Shown here one piece after another: positions 26,101 through 39,354 of a stretch of DNA of 64,000 nt (position 1 is its first letter; every line of letters starts with the position of its first letter). The notes below the pieces were generated by a model, which saw only the letters and a program-made list of their open reading frames with translations, made no database searches and was not told the origin of the DNA. A program made the position numbers and the translations under genes. Source of the stretch: Octopus sinensis (lineage: Eukaryota); assembly GCF_006345805.1 (NCBI RefSeq), contig NC_042999.1, positions 152,830,001-152,894,000 on the forward strand, read 5' to 3'.

Positions 26101-27990
26101 TAGTACAAAGGTCAGTGGGGACAGGCAGTCCCCTTGGAAGATGTCCCTCCTGACATCTACTGTCCCTAAACTTCTTCCGTATGCTGTCAGGTCCGTCCTC
26201 CAATTCACTATACTTTTTCCAAGCAATCGCTCAACATTGGATGCAATACCAAATAGGTTCATACATTCTATTATCCAAGAATGTGGGATCATATCGTACG
26301 CCTTATGATAGTCGATCCATGACATGGCTAAGATTCATTTCCTCCTCTTGCAGTCTCTAAGTTCAGTGTTGTCTATCAGGAGTTGATCCTTGGTACCTCT
26401 GCACTTACGCTTGCAACCCTTCTGCTCATGTGCTTTGAATTTGCGAGTATTCCAGTCAATAACTTTCTCATAAGTGGCAAACAGGATATCGGCCTGTAAT
26501 AGTCTACCGTATTGCCTTTGTCGACGTTTTCAAGCACAGCACTGTCCTACCTAATGTCAACCACTCTGGTGTTACTTGGTCGGCATTTAACAAAGTGTTG
26601 ATTTGCGCAGCTATTCGTGCATAACATACACCAAATCCTTTAATCCAGTAGCCTTCCAGTTGCTCATTTTTTGCTGATTTCCTTCACTTCCCTAACTGAA
26701 ATGACTACTTCTGCCTGTTTTGGATAGACTACCGTTTGTTTCAGTTCTTGCAATCATTCAGCATCCTTCTTGTGATCCTTGTCTTTGCTCCAGATGTCAC
26801 TCTAAAACCTTTGACTTTCATTGGTATCTGATATCAACTTTTCATCTGTACACTCTCCATTTATTTCTTTATAGAATCTCTTCTGATCTACTGTGAATAA
26901 ACTTTTCTGGTGGTAAACCCTTCATTCTTTGGTCGTATCTTACCATCTTTGTTTTCTTTGCAACGAGGCGCTGTTTCAGTTCCTCCATTACCACTTTCAG
27001 ACCCTTTCTTTCAATATTATACTTCCTTTTCAGTGTCTTGTATGTTGGTTCACTTTTACGCTTCCCCTTCCCTTTGCGGTCTAACACAGAAATTTCGAGA
27101 GCATATCTAACCCTGCCTGTATTCTTCTTTTCCACCATGGATCTTTTCTTTTGTCACTCCCATTATATTTCTTTTTCTTGACATCAACACCCAAGTTTTC
27201 TGCTACAACAATAATTGCTGCCTTGATCAAATTATTTATTTCTGTTATGTTGTTTGTTCTGATGTATTTCAGAATTTCATTGATATTTTTCTTTTCTTGG
27301 TTCAATTTCCATCGATCAACCTTTTAAGGTTGCAAATAATGTCGCTATCGTTCTCCTGTAGTCTTGCCTTTATTCTGTCGTAGATTGCCTTTTGTTCATC
27401 TGTCATACGGCCATTAGTTTTATGTCTTCTTTTAGATCATCTACATGTCTCTCATCAAGTAAACTATAACTGCTTTACTGAGATTACTTTTATTTGCAAG
27501 AACTGCATTTTCATCGTTATCTCTGCTGCTATTTTCCAAGACCCATATTTTGATAGCTTCGAGCTCTACTTCTGTGAAACAACGATTTATTCTTATTGCT
27601 CTAGCTTGATCACATAGTCTATGTTCCGTAAGTTGAAACAATCCATTTTCCCTCCATTGATCATACATACGTTGTCGATAATTTGAGTACCATTTTCATC
27701 TACCGGGTTGCTCAGGCAGTAACACTCCATTACTACAGCATTAATTTGCTTGTTCCATCGACGCCGTGTGTGGTGGTCCCTTTCTGGATACCGACAGGCT
27801 GGAGCCGAACCAGAATCTCTGAGCCTGCCGGATGCAACACTGTCACCATCATTGACTTCAGTTTCATTACCAGCGTTATTCACAATATTTTATTTTTTCA
27901 TTGTCACTCATATGAGGTGGCGATTATCAGGTTGCGCAATTACCAGTGTTTTTCTTGTGATACCATCACTAGATGTGTCATTAATCAGGA
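26100..27990 (-). pseudogene. R4/Dong-clade LINE, N-terminus to mid-RT, disrupted
   Basis: RT motifs [32 protein letters not shown] and IFQGDCLSPL. N-terminal RRRWNKQINAVVMECY and EHRLCDQARAI. Many stops and frameshifts. Confidence 0.88.
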
Positions 27991-28029
27991 CGTATTATTA
28001 TCATTATTGTCATCATTATTATTATTGCG

Positions 28030-28735
28030 TTATTTCTCAGAATGTTCGGTCTTGCTCGTTCTGGTAGATTCTGAGAGGAGAGATAGCAACCTGCTATCAG
28101 ATGTCTCACAGTGTCTCTTTCTGCACATTACAAGCATTTATCCTTGGTTGTTAACTATCGTGGGAGACATTCAATATCCAAGTACGAATCTCAAAATCCT
28201 AATTCACCCCAGCAGAGCAGGTTTGGGGGCTAGTTCTCTCGAACTTGATTGTTACAGCTCCGAATTCCCCTGCAACTTCTGGAATGACAGACACTCTCCT
28301 TATAGTCCACATTCTTGTAATTTCGTCTTTTAGTAATCATTACTTTTCAATCTTTTCTAATTCTTTGTCAGTTATGCGTGCATCTCCAGGTTTTGCAATA
28401 TCTATAATCTTGGTTTCCTTTTTTCCTTTACCACAACAATACCTGGTCTCTGAGCCTCGATTAGGGAGACACATTGGATTGTAAAATCCTACAGTATCTT
28501 ATGTTCTTTGCTCTCGGTGACACCTTCTGATTCATGTTCGTACCATTTACGTGCTCTGTTCAGGCCGTGCTTTTCACATAGCCTCCAGTGGACGAACTTA
28601 GCCACGTTATTACACCTCCTTTTGTAGTGCTTTTGGGCCCTGCTCGCTCTCGCAATATGTGAGATTGTTTCGTTTCTGCTGCCACACATCCTACAAAGGG
28701 ACGCATAGCCTACTTCTGGGCGCTGCATATCGATA
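28030..28735 (-). mobile_element. R4/Dong-clade LINE 3' fragment
   Basis: CRMCGSRNETISHI..YKRR.NNVAKFVHWRLC..WYEH..KIL*DF, followed by a 3' UTR and a minus-strand TAA tail at 27993-28025. Confidence 0.82.
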
Positions 28736-28979
28736 CCTCAGTGAAATCATCATTATTATATTTATACATCAAACAAACCAGATAAATCCTATAATGGAAA
28801 AGGAAATGCTTCAGACCAGTTCAAACCAGTTATTACGCTCGTCTGTTTAGGCGATGAAGTTTTTGAGAGGATGATCAAAGCATTTCTATTGCCCACCAAA
28901 GATCTACTGGGTGCGTTTCCATTCTTTTATTCCCGTTTCCCTAAGTGGGATTATAGACACACTTGACTGTATAAATGAC

Positions 28980-29620
28980 CGGTTATCATACAACCGGCTG
29001 GAACAGAAGAGGCCTTCACCGAGGTCTACCATGTTGTATGTATTCAGGTTAGGACTTATCATACTACCGGCTGGAAGAGGGGGCCTTCACCGAAGTCTAC
29101 CATGCTACATGTGTTCAGGTTAGGACTTACCATACTACCGGCTGGAAGAGAGGGCCTTCACCGAAGTCTACCATGCTACATGTGTTCAGGTTAGGACTTA
29201 CCATACTACCGGCTGGAAGAGAGGGCCTTCACCGAAGTCTACCATGCTACATGTGTTCAGGTTAGGACTTATCATACTACCGGCTGGAAGAGGGGGCCTT
29301 CACCGAAGTCTACCATGCTACATGTGTTCAGGTTAGGACTTATCATACTACCGGCTGGAAGAGAGGGCCTTCACCGAAATCTACCATGCTACATGTATTC
29401 AGGTTAGGACTTATCATACTACCGGCTGGAAGAGAGGGCCTTCACCGAAATCTACCATGCTACATGTGTTCAGGTTAGGACTTATCATACAACCAGCTAT
29501 AACAGGAGAAATTTACCGAAGCTTACCCTGTTACGTGTATTCCGGTTAGGACTTATCAGACAACCAGCTGGAACAGGGGCCTTTACCACAGTCTACCTTG
29601 CTACATATATTCGGGTTAGG
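28980..29620. repeat. 71-bp minisatellite, ~9 units
   Basis: Unit ACCGGCTGGAAGAGAGGGCCTTCACCGAAGTCTACCATGCTACATGTGTTCAGGTTAGGACTTATCATACT starts at 29066, 29137, 29208, 29279, 29350 and 29421. Edge units are diverged. Confidence 0.97.
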
Positions 29621-30242
29621 GCTTCGGTGTGAAAAATGTTTTCCTACACTAATGTAGATATTGATCTTCTTTCCTGACTGATACAGAAAAACAATGACGG
29701 CAACATCACCAAAAGCAAAAAACAGCGAGAAACCATTTGATGTTCTATATCACAATCGCGATAACTGGATGAAACACTGCCAGAAGTTTTGGAAAACAGC
29801 CTGTTGAACTTGAACTGGGGCCAAAGTAAATTCTCTATCAGGGATTTAATCTCTGCTTCATAATAAATAATTGTCCTACTATATGAACATCATGGACAGT
29901 GTGTCTGTAAGTATGTATATATATATATATACATACATACATACATACATACACAGATGCTTACATACATATATATATATAATATTGTTTTTATAAGCTA
30001 TATATAATATATAGGTTTGCTCTCTCATTCATTATATATATATATATATAAATGAATATATATCTGTATATATAAGTATCTGCATAAATATATGCATGTA
30101 TGTATGTATATATAAGTACATATGTGCATATATGCATGCTGTGTATATATATGTATATAAATGTATGCATATAGATATATGTGTGTATATATAGTATAAT
30201 ATATATATAAATATATATATATAAAATAATATTTATATATAT

Positions 30243-30297
<55 letters not shown>

Positions 30298-30795
30298 TAC
30301 ATTTTTATATATAAACACACATAAAGAGGCTAAAATGGTTGGAAGATAGTTAATAGGATTTCACCTCAACCACACCCTTAAAACATATAATCTTTGAAAC
30401 AAAACAACCGAACGAAGACAAAAAAAGACAAAGACAGATACACCCTTAAAAAAATATAACAAAACAATGCAAAAACATAACATAGCATCTCATTGAAATA
30501 GCTTCATGCTTGGCCAGTCTTAGCATACCTAATTCGCTTGGGGAATATACAACGAGGCTGACAATGCTGGAGATAATCACTGGCTTGATAGCTCACTTGC
30601 TTCGTACACGTATGATGTATCTATTTCACCGGCAAGGACAGATATCCTGATATATTTCAATGTCAACGAAACATAACATTTATTTTCACGGTTGACTACT
30701 GGCTATGATCGCATTCAAACACTGTTGTCTTTTGCTTATGTTTTCGTTCGTCCAAAAGATATCTACGAGTATATATACGAGTATATATGTATATA

Positions 30796-30838
<43 letters not shown>

Positions 30839-30852
30839 AATATGTATATATG

Positions 30853-30895
<43 letters not shown>

Positions 30896-31034
30896 TATAT
30901 ACACACGCATATATATATATATACGCATATATATATTTGCATATATATATACATATACATATATATGTATACGTGTACATATATATATTCACATATATAT
31001 AAGTATATATGTTATGTATATATATGCATGTATG

Positions 31035-31079
<45 letters not shown>

Positions 31080-32116
31080 ATTATATAAATATATACTGAT
31101 ATATGTGTCTGTGTATGTGTGTGTATATAAATTTATATATATATACACATATATATATGCTTGTATCTATCTAGCTATCTACAACACACATATATATATA
31201 TATACGTATATTATATGTATGTATATATACTATGCATGTAACTATCCGCCTATCTTTCTACCTATCTACCTTTCTATCTATCGATTTATCAACCTGTTTG
31301 TCTGTCTGTCTGTTTATCTTTATCTCTTCCCCTCTTAACTCTCTAGCTATATATGTATGCATGTATGTATTTATGTATGTATGTATGTATGTGTGTGTTT
31401 CTGTGGGTACTTATACACACACACACACACACACATACATGTGTGTGTGTATGTGGGTGGGTGGTGTGTGTGTGTGCGCGCGCGCCGTGTGTGTGTGTGT
31501 GTGTGCGTGTGTGTGCGTGTGTGTATGTAGTGTACGTAAATATGATTCTGCCAGTTATTCAAGTGCAAGTAGAAGCGGTCACATCTTTCATGTAGCATAT
31601 CAGAAATCAAGTACCCTCTCCCCACTCTCACATTTCTCATCCCCTCAACCGTCTATCTCTATCTCTCTCGTCCCTAAATACATATCTTATATATACACTA
31701 TTGTCTTATATATATATGTGTGTGTATGTATGCGTATATATATAAAATATAAATATATACAATATATACATATACTATATATATATATACACTATATGAT
31801 ATATATATATAAATATATGTATATATATATGTGTATGTAATATATATATATATTTATATATTATATATATATTATATATATATAACACTTGGGTATGAGT
31901 GCATGCGTTTTGTTTATAGTGTATTGTGGTTGGAAAAGAAGAGAAAGTGAAGGAGTGTTTAGCATTAGATATGGGACTTGGGCTAATCTTAACTACTACT
32001 AGATAATATTATTATCGAAGACACATACAATATATATATGTATATTATATATATATATATATATATAATATAATATATATATACTATATAGATATATATA
32101 TATATATATATATCTA

Positions 32117-32210
<94 letters not shown>

Positions 32211-32525
32211 AGTGTGTGTGGTGTGTACATATATATATATATAATATATATATATATATTGTATGTGTATATATATGTGTGTGCACGTGTATGTGCATGT
32301 GTGTATTTGGATAGGTTATTGCCGCGCAGGCTTGAGGCTTTGGCCTAAACATGTTTACAAGTGTATATGTATGTTTAGGCGTACGCTTACAAGTTTTTAT
32401 TCTTTTGCATTCTGTGGCCCTGTATTGCCTTTTGTATTCTGATCTACATTCATCTTTAGCTTATTACTGCAAAGTAAGCCTCATTATCTTCGCTGATGTT
32501 TTCTCAATCTTTCTGTAAACAGTCT

Positions 32526-32575
<50 letters not shown>

Positions 32576-32895
32576 AAACACACACAAACACATACCCACA
32601 CAGACTCACTCATTCACACAAGTACACACACACACACACACACATAAGAAGGCTTATATGTATATTAGATCAGTCACACCTCTCGTTCTGAATGTCCCTG
32701 CCCAGTTTGATTTGAATATAATTTATAGCGGTGATTATTTTTTTCCCTTGGTAATAAGAATATTTCCGAAACTAATGCCATATGCATATTATTAGCAATG
32801 ATGAAACCCTTTAGTTCCATAAAAGTGATTTTGATACCGTTATCCCGTAAACGCTTTATATATTTGTACCATATATATATATATTACATATATAT

Positions 32896-32929
<34 letters not shown>

Positions 32930-32994
32930 GTATGTATGTGTATCTGTCTAAAAAATACATACGTCTGTGTGTGCGCATGTCTAGATATAGGTAT

Positions 32995-33395
32995 TTTTTC
33001 TCTAGTTTCAGCTCAGTGCTGTCGCCATGCTGGGGTACCGCCGTTTTGCTATACTGTTATTACTGAGGGCCTCCTCTAATATGCGTCATTTGGTGAAGAA
33101 TGAAATTTGAGGTCCAGTTTTTATTTAAAAAACACCTACATCCAGTTTGTGTAGATCCCTCAGGCTCTTTGGGAGAATATTAAAAAGCTGTGGGCTCCTG
33201 AAACCCAGGCTGTTTCAGTAATTGGTCCTGAAGCGCGACGACATTGTTTGGATCTTTGGCACTGAGTAGTGTCTACCCGTTCTGGAACTGGTGTAGCTTC
33301 CAATGCCAAAATTTGGCTCAATTCCTTTCAGTATCTTCCAGATGTATATAACTGCATACCTCTCTTACCTTCGCTCCTGGGAGTAAAGCCTTAGA
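32995..33395 (-). mobile_element. CR1-group LINE 3' end fragment, more decayed
   Basis: Homologous to 21170-21566 and 36528-37290, including the tail GGCGGTACCCCAGCATGGCGACAGCACTGAGCTGAAACTAG. Confidence 0.78.
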
Positions 33396-33744
33396 TATGT
33401 TATTTCATCCAGCCCCAAAAGCTTAAGTTGGCCTCGATGGAGTAGAAACTAAAAATATTAAAACCAGTACAAATGTTCCCATCAAAAATGTCTGATGTTC
33501 TGTTGATTCTGGCAACTCGTTACCATTCTATGTATATACGGTCATGTATATGTATGCAAGCAAGAATGCATACATTTAAGTATGTGTGCAGGTATCTACG
33601 TATATGTGCATGAAGATATATATGTATATGTACCCACATACGTATTTTTCTTGGTCTTTCTAACTTCTCTGAACCCTTCCTTTCTTCCCTTTCTGACGAA
33701 CATCCAAGCTCGAAGCTTTATTTGTTAATTTTAATTTTCGATTT

Positions 33745-33904
33745 TCGGGTTCAGTCCCACTGCGTAGCAACTTGGACAAGTGTCTTCTATTATAGCCTCG
33801 GGCCGACCAAAGCCTTGTGAGTGGATTTGGGTAACGAAACTGAAGGAAGCTCGTCGTATATATGTATATGTATATCTGTATATGTATATATATAATATAT
33901 ATAT

Positions 33905-33940
<36 letters not shown>

Positions 33941-33970
33941 TATATATATATAAATATATATATTATTATA

Positions 33971-34045
<75 letters not shown>

Positions 34046-34245
34046 CAGTGTTTATCCCCCTCCTCACATCGCTTGAAGACCGATGCTGGTGTGTTTACGT
34101 CCCCGTAACCTAGCGGATCGGCAAAAGAGACCGATAGAATAAATACTAGGCTTACAAAGATAAGCCCTGGGGGTGATTTCCTCGACTAAGGCGGTGCTCC
34201 AGCATGGCCGCAGTCGAATGACTGAACCAAGTAAAATAGAGTAAA
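33745..34245 (+). mobile_element. SINE family A, 5'-truncated
   Basis: GGGTTCAGTCCCACTGCG.. through GGCGGTGCTCCAGCATGGCCGCAGTCGAATGACTGAACCAAGTAAAA. Confidence 0.85.
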
Positions 34246-34277
34246 ACAGTATATATATATATAATACATACATATAC

Positions 34278-34310
<33 letters not shown>

Positions 34311-34700
34311 TTTATATATATATTATATATATATATGTATGTATATCTATATACAGAGAGAGAGAGAGAGAGAGAGAGATAGATAGATATAGAAATAAAA
34401 AAAAAACGATAAATGTAAGACAGGAATAAGGAAACAACTAGATTTTGAACTCTGCATTAGGATTTCGGAAGCAGCCATCCCTATCGAAAAGTATATTTTA
34501 TCAAAACATACAAAATATACCAAATTATTTTTTAATGCAGAAACATGACACACTACGTATAAGCAAACAAACCTGGCTTAACATCGACTTAGACAATAAA
34601 TAACTACATATGAACTAAAGTGTTACTGACATATCTACATGCAGAAAAAAACAACATACACGCATATCTGTATAGTACAAAACAAGATATATATATATGA

Positions 34701-34743
<43 letters not shown>

Positions 34744-34961
34744 ATATATGTATGTATGCATATATCTATATGTATGTATGTATGTATGTAAAGGAGTTGT
34801 TTTTGTCGAATATACCTATAGTTTCACTTTAACTATCAATTACTAGAATTCACCCACCCTCCATCCATCCAGTTCCTGAGAAACGAATCATTTTGATTTT
34901 ACTTTCAACTACAACTTTTCCAATTATTAAAAGCATAAAAATAAACGTTACAGAATCTAAA

Positions 34962-35008
<47 letters not shown>

Positions 35009-35209
35009 TAAAATAACAACAACAACAACAATGATAATAATGGTGATAAAAATATTAATGACAATAACGAAAGAAAATTGTGGCAACTGCTTCAGGAAAG
35101 ATGCACTTAGGGTTTTCTAGTTTAGGGCGAAAATAAAACAAGAAAAGGAGGTTGAAGTTTTTTACGATGTGAGTATTTGTGTATAAATGACTATACATAC
35201 ATACATACA

Positions 35210-35243
<34 letters not shown>

Positions 35244-35248
35244 CATAC

Positions 35249-35294
<46 letters not shown>

Positions 35295-35360
35295 TCATAT
35301 ATATAATATATGGTGTGTATGTACATATGCATATATTTGAGTGTATGTATATATGTATCA

Positions 35361-35391
<31 letters not shown>

Positions 35392-35662
35392 ATCTATCTA
35401 TCTTCTATCTCTATATATCTATCTATATTAGATATATATATCTATATATATATATATATATATATAGACAAACTTTGCAAGTAAATAATATAGAAGTAAT
35501 AGTAAAAAGAAGAAAACAAGGAAGTAGAATAAATAAGTATATTATGTATTATTCTTTTTAAATGCAAGAAATGTTTTCGAAAATTATATTACACACACAA
35601 CACACACACACCACACATATATATCTACATATATTATATATATAATATATATATATATATAT

Positions 35663-35700
<38 letters not shown>

Positions 35701-36374
35701 TATATATATATATATGTATGTGTGTGCTGTGTGTGTGTGTGTGTGTGTGTGAGTGTAGGTATTACATTTTAATTTGTAATCTACGCAAGATATATGTTTC
35801 AAGGAACAATGATATATAATCATCAACATTATCACCACCACGACCACAATCATCATTATTTTCCTCATCTCCACCATATCATCATCATCATCATCATCAT
35901 CATCAACAACGAAAGTTTGGTTTTAGTATTTATCTACTTAAAGGTAAATTGCTTTCGGCGTATCATCGATAATATTATTTTATAAATCGCCTCAAAAGTT
36001 ACATGAATAACAAACGCACACACACATACACATACATGTATACACGTGCGCACACGATTGGAGAACACGCAGGCATACACACACATTCATACACACATGC
36101 ATTCAGTACGTGACTGAGAGTATGTAAAGCGCTTGTATACATGTGCAGGTATTTCGCTGTTGGTGTCTTTAATATTTAGTTTCAAGTGGGTACGAATCCT
36201 ACTGCATCAACACTACACCTTACCTTTCTCATTGCCTTCATAAGTAGGGAAATATATTTGTTAATAAATATATATGTTAATAATTATATATATATAATTA
36301 TATATATATTTATATAATTATATATGTATGTGTGTGAGTGTGTGTGTGTATGTGTGTGTGTGCATGTATATATC

Positions 36375-36527
36375 GTGACACAGAGTGTGACAAGGCTGGC
36401 CCTTTGAAATAGAGGTACAACAGAAACAAGAAGAAAGAGTGAGAGAAATTTGTGGTGAAAGAGTACAGAAGGGTTCGCCACCAAACCCTGTCGAAACCTC
36501 GTGGATCCTTAGGTGGGGTTTTCGCTC
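36375..36527 (-). mobile_element. SINE fragment related to family D
   Basis: Shares GAAAGAGTGAGAGAAA..GTTCGCCA..CGTGGA.CTTAGGT with 9428-9510. Confidence 0.6.
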
Positions 36528-37290
36528 AAGGGACCTGGGTATCGACATGAGTGATGATACCTCTTTCCAAGTGCACATTACCAGGATGGCGACAAAGTGT
36601 AGACGACTGGCTGGGTGGATCCTAAGAACATTCAGAACCAGAGATAAGGAAACCATGATGGTCCTCTGGCGGACATTCGTCCTTAGCCGCCTGGATTACT
36701 GCTCGCAGCTATGGTCACCCACCAGTGTAAAATTAACAGCAGACCTTGAAGCAATCCAGAGAAGATTCACAAAGATTGTCTCTTTAGAACAACTCAGCTA
36801 CTGGGAAAGGTTGAAACAGCTAAGACTCTACTCCCTAGAGAGAAGACGGGAGAGGTATGCAGTAATATATGTCTGGAAGATCCTGGAAGGAATTGTGCCA
36901 AATTTTGGCATTATAATCTACACCAATGCTAGAACGGGACGACACTGCATAGTGCCAAAGATACCAGCAATGCCATCACGCTTCAGGACCAGCTTCTGCA
37001 ACAGCCTGGGTTTCAAGGACCAAAGCTTTTTAATATTCCTCCCAAAGAGTCTGAGGAACTTGCCACAAGTAGATGTAGCGGTTTTTAAATCAAAGCTGGA
37101 CATCTTCCTGTCGAGAGTCCCAGATGAAATTACCTCACGGCAAGAGGTGCAAATGAGAGTAGCTATGTCAAACTCCATTCTTCACAAGTGCCACATATTA
37201 GAGGAGGTTCTTCGTAATAAAGTGTAGCACAAAACGGCGGTGCATCAGCATGGCTGCAGCTCTGAGCTGAAACAAGCAAAAAAAAAAAAA
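36528..37290 (+). mobile_element. CR1-group LINE, 5'-truncated (RT C-terminus, 3' UTR and A tail)
   Basis: Open frame DLGI..GWILRTF..FVLSRLDYCSQLWSP..LEAIQRRFTK..SYWERLKQLRLYSLERRRER. The N-terminus of ORF 36439-37227 is read-through from the adjacent SINE. Confidence 0.9.
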
Positions 37291-37346
37291 TAATATATAT
37301 ATATATTAATATATTATGTATATATAGTATATAATATATATATTAG

Positions 37347-37395
<49 letters not shown>

Positions 37396-37470
37396 TATGT
37401 ATGTATGTATGTATTAATTAGCAATGGTAGATCGTTAGCCACTACGCATTCTTTATCTCCTCTCCTTGTT

Positions 37471-37508
37471 CCTTTCTGTGGCAGAGCGTACGCTTGAAAC
37501 GTTAAAAA
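37471..37508 (+). ncRNA. Degenerate hammerhead-like motif, same family as 7271
   Basis: CTTT CTGTGGC A GAGC GTAC GCTT GAAAC GTT AAAA. Flanks 37425-37605 are homologous to 7190-7405. Confidence 0.4.
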
Positions 37509-37628
37509 CTTTTTTCCCTTCCCGAGTTTTATACTACTACATCTGTTTATTTTCTACACAACCACCTGTCTTCGTCTTTTGTTTTTTTTTCTGAATTCTC
37601 CCTAACACACACACAACCACCACACACA

Positions 37629-37685
<57 letters not shown>

Positions 37686-37832
37686 CACACTCACACATAT
37701 ATATACAATGAAAAGTGTGAAGGACTGATTCTTAGGATATTTGCTACATTCTCCGTGCGTGTTTACATATGAGATGCGTGGCTTTTTCTGGCAAGTAGGT
37801 GCATATTGTATGCTGACTTTTAGTAATTACCT

Positions 37833-37985
37833 CGGCGCAGATGTGGTTATGTGGTAAGAAGCTTACTTCCCAACATCATGGTTTGGGTTCAGTCTCAGTG
37901 GATGGCACTTTGAGCAAGTGTCTTCTACTATAGCCACGGGCAAATCAAAGCTTTGTGAATGGATTTTGTAGACGGAAAATGAACC
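37833..37985 (+). mobile_element. SINE family A head, diverged
   Basis: GGCGCAGATGTGGTTATGTGGTAAGAAGCTT..GGGTTCAGTC..GTAGACGGAAA. Confidence 0.75.
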
Positions 37986-38401
37986 TACGAGTTCATAACG
38001 TCCTTCGCGAATACTAACCACATCTATCGGCCGGCCCTAACTTTTTCAGGAAGGAAAAATAATAATGCTGCTTACGGCCAAAAGTTCAGGTTGTAAATTT
38101 GACAAATGCCCCACAGAGGGAGCAAGCGCATCAGTACTCGTAATCGTAGTCGTCATTCGGTAGGGTTACAAGTACATATGTGGTCCGGAACACATTCATA
38201 CACACTTCGGGATAGTGTAATCCGTAGGAACTCATCTTGCTGTCGACCGTCGAAGAAGATTCGCTGACTAGATCCCCGCCGATTATCGCAGCTCACGTAG
38301 CCTGGGTTTGAAACAGGTGGTACACATGCTAATTAAATCATAGCTGGGGCCCTAACTGGTGCTACTATTCCGAGTCCTCGTTGACCAAAGAACAATAATG
38401 A

Positions 38402-39313
38402 CTATCAGGTGTCATCACTCCTTAAAACCCTGGGTCTCCTGTACCAAGACCCCACTGGTGGATGCGGTCTAAAGCCTCATCCGGGACTATATATACATGT
38501 GTGTAATTTTTACAAGGAAAGTTAGCTGGGACCTTCGAAGTTTCGATTTACCAACCGTCGTTTAAACATTCTGATGCAGGGTAACTGTGAAAAACTGAAA
38601 TTTCGAAGTCACTGGCAACTCTCTCCTTTCGGAAATTTAAACGTACCCTACAAAAATGCATGAGTTTCGCTCTTGACATTCTGATCAAATCCCCGCCGAG
38701 GTGAAACTTGTCATTCATCCCTTCGGGTTCGATATGATGAAGTACAAGTATAATACGGTGTCGATTTAATTGACTACACCTCAACCGCCAAATGCCAGAC
38801 TTTGTACTTAAATTAGAAGGAACTTTAATCGTACTCGTCCACCACCACCTTCACCTCCTTCTCCTCACCACCTCTTCGCCATTTCTTCTTCCTCTCCTCC
38901 TCCTCCCCTCCTCCCCTCTCACTATTGTCATTATTGTCAGCGTCCACGTCTCCTCCCTCTTCTCTTCATCATCATCATCATCTCTCATCACCTTCATCCT
39001 CATCATTATCATCATTATTGTCAGCGTCTTCCCACCTCCTCCTTCACCTCCTCCTCATCTTCATTATTGTCAGCTTCTCCTTCCTCTTCTTCCTCCTCTT
39101 CCTCATCATCATTACTGTCGGCGGACCTTGTCCTCGCTCCTCCTCGGTCTCCGTCTCCTCGTCCTCCTTCTCGTCCTGCTCTCCTCCTCCTCATCATCAC
39201 TCATCACCAACATTATCATCATTGTTTTTGTCCATAATCCTCGTCTGCACCATTGTAAAACAGTCAAACAGTTACCACCGTGATCATCATCATCATCATC
39301 ATCATCGTCATCG

Positions 39314-39354
<41 letters not shown>

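Noticed and set aside
28980-29620. CRISPR-like array or telomeric repeat
   Set aside because: Units are contiguous with no unique spacers, the context is eukaryotic, and there is only one TTAGG per unit.
29686-29825. Candidate internal coding exon after a good splice acceptor
   Set aside because: All three frames contain stops before the putative donor.
33688-33720. CTGACGAA..GCTCGAAG hammerhead-like remnant
   Set aside because: Stem II is unpaired and the GAAA/GUH half is altered; too decayed to call.
36439-37227. 262-aa host gene
   Set aside because: It is the C-terminal part of a truncated LINE RT ORF, and its start lies in an unrelated SINE fragment.
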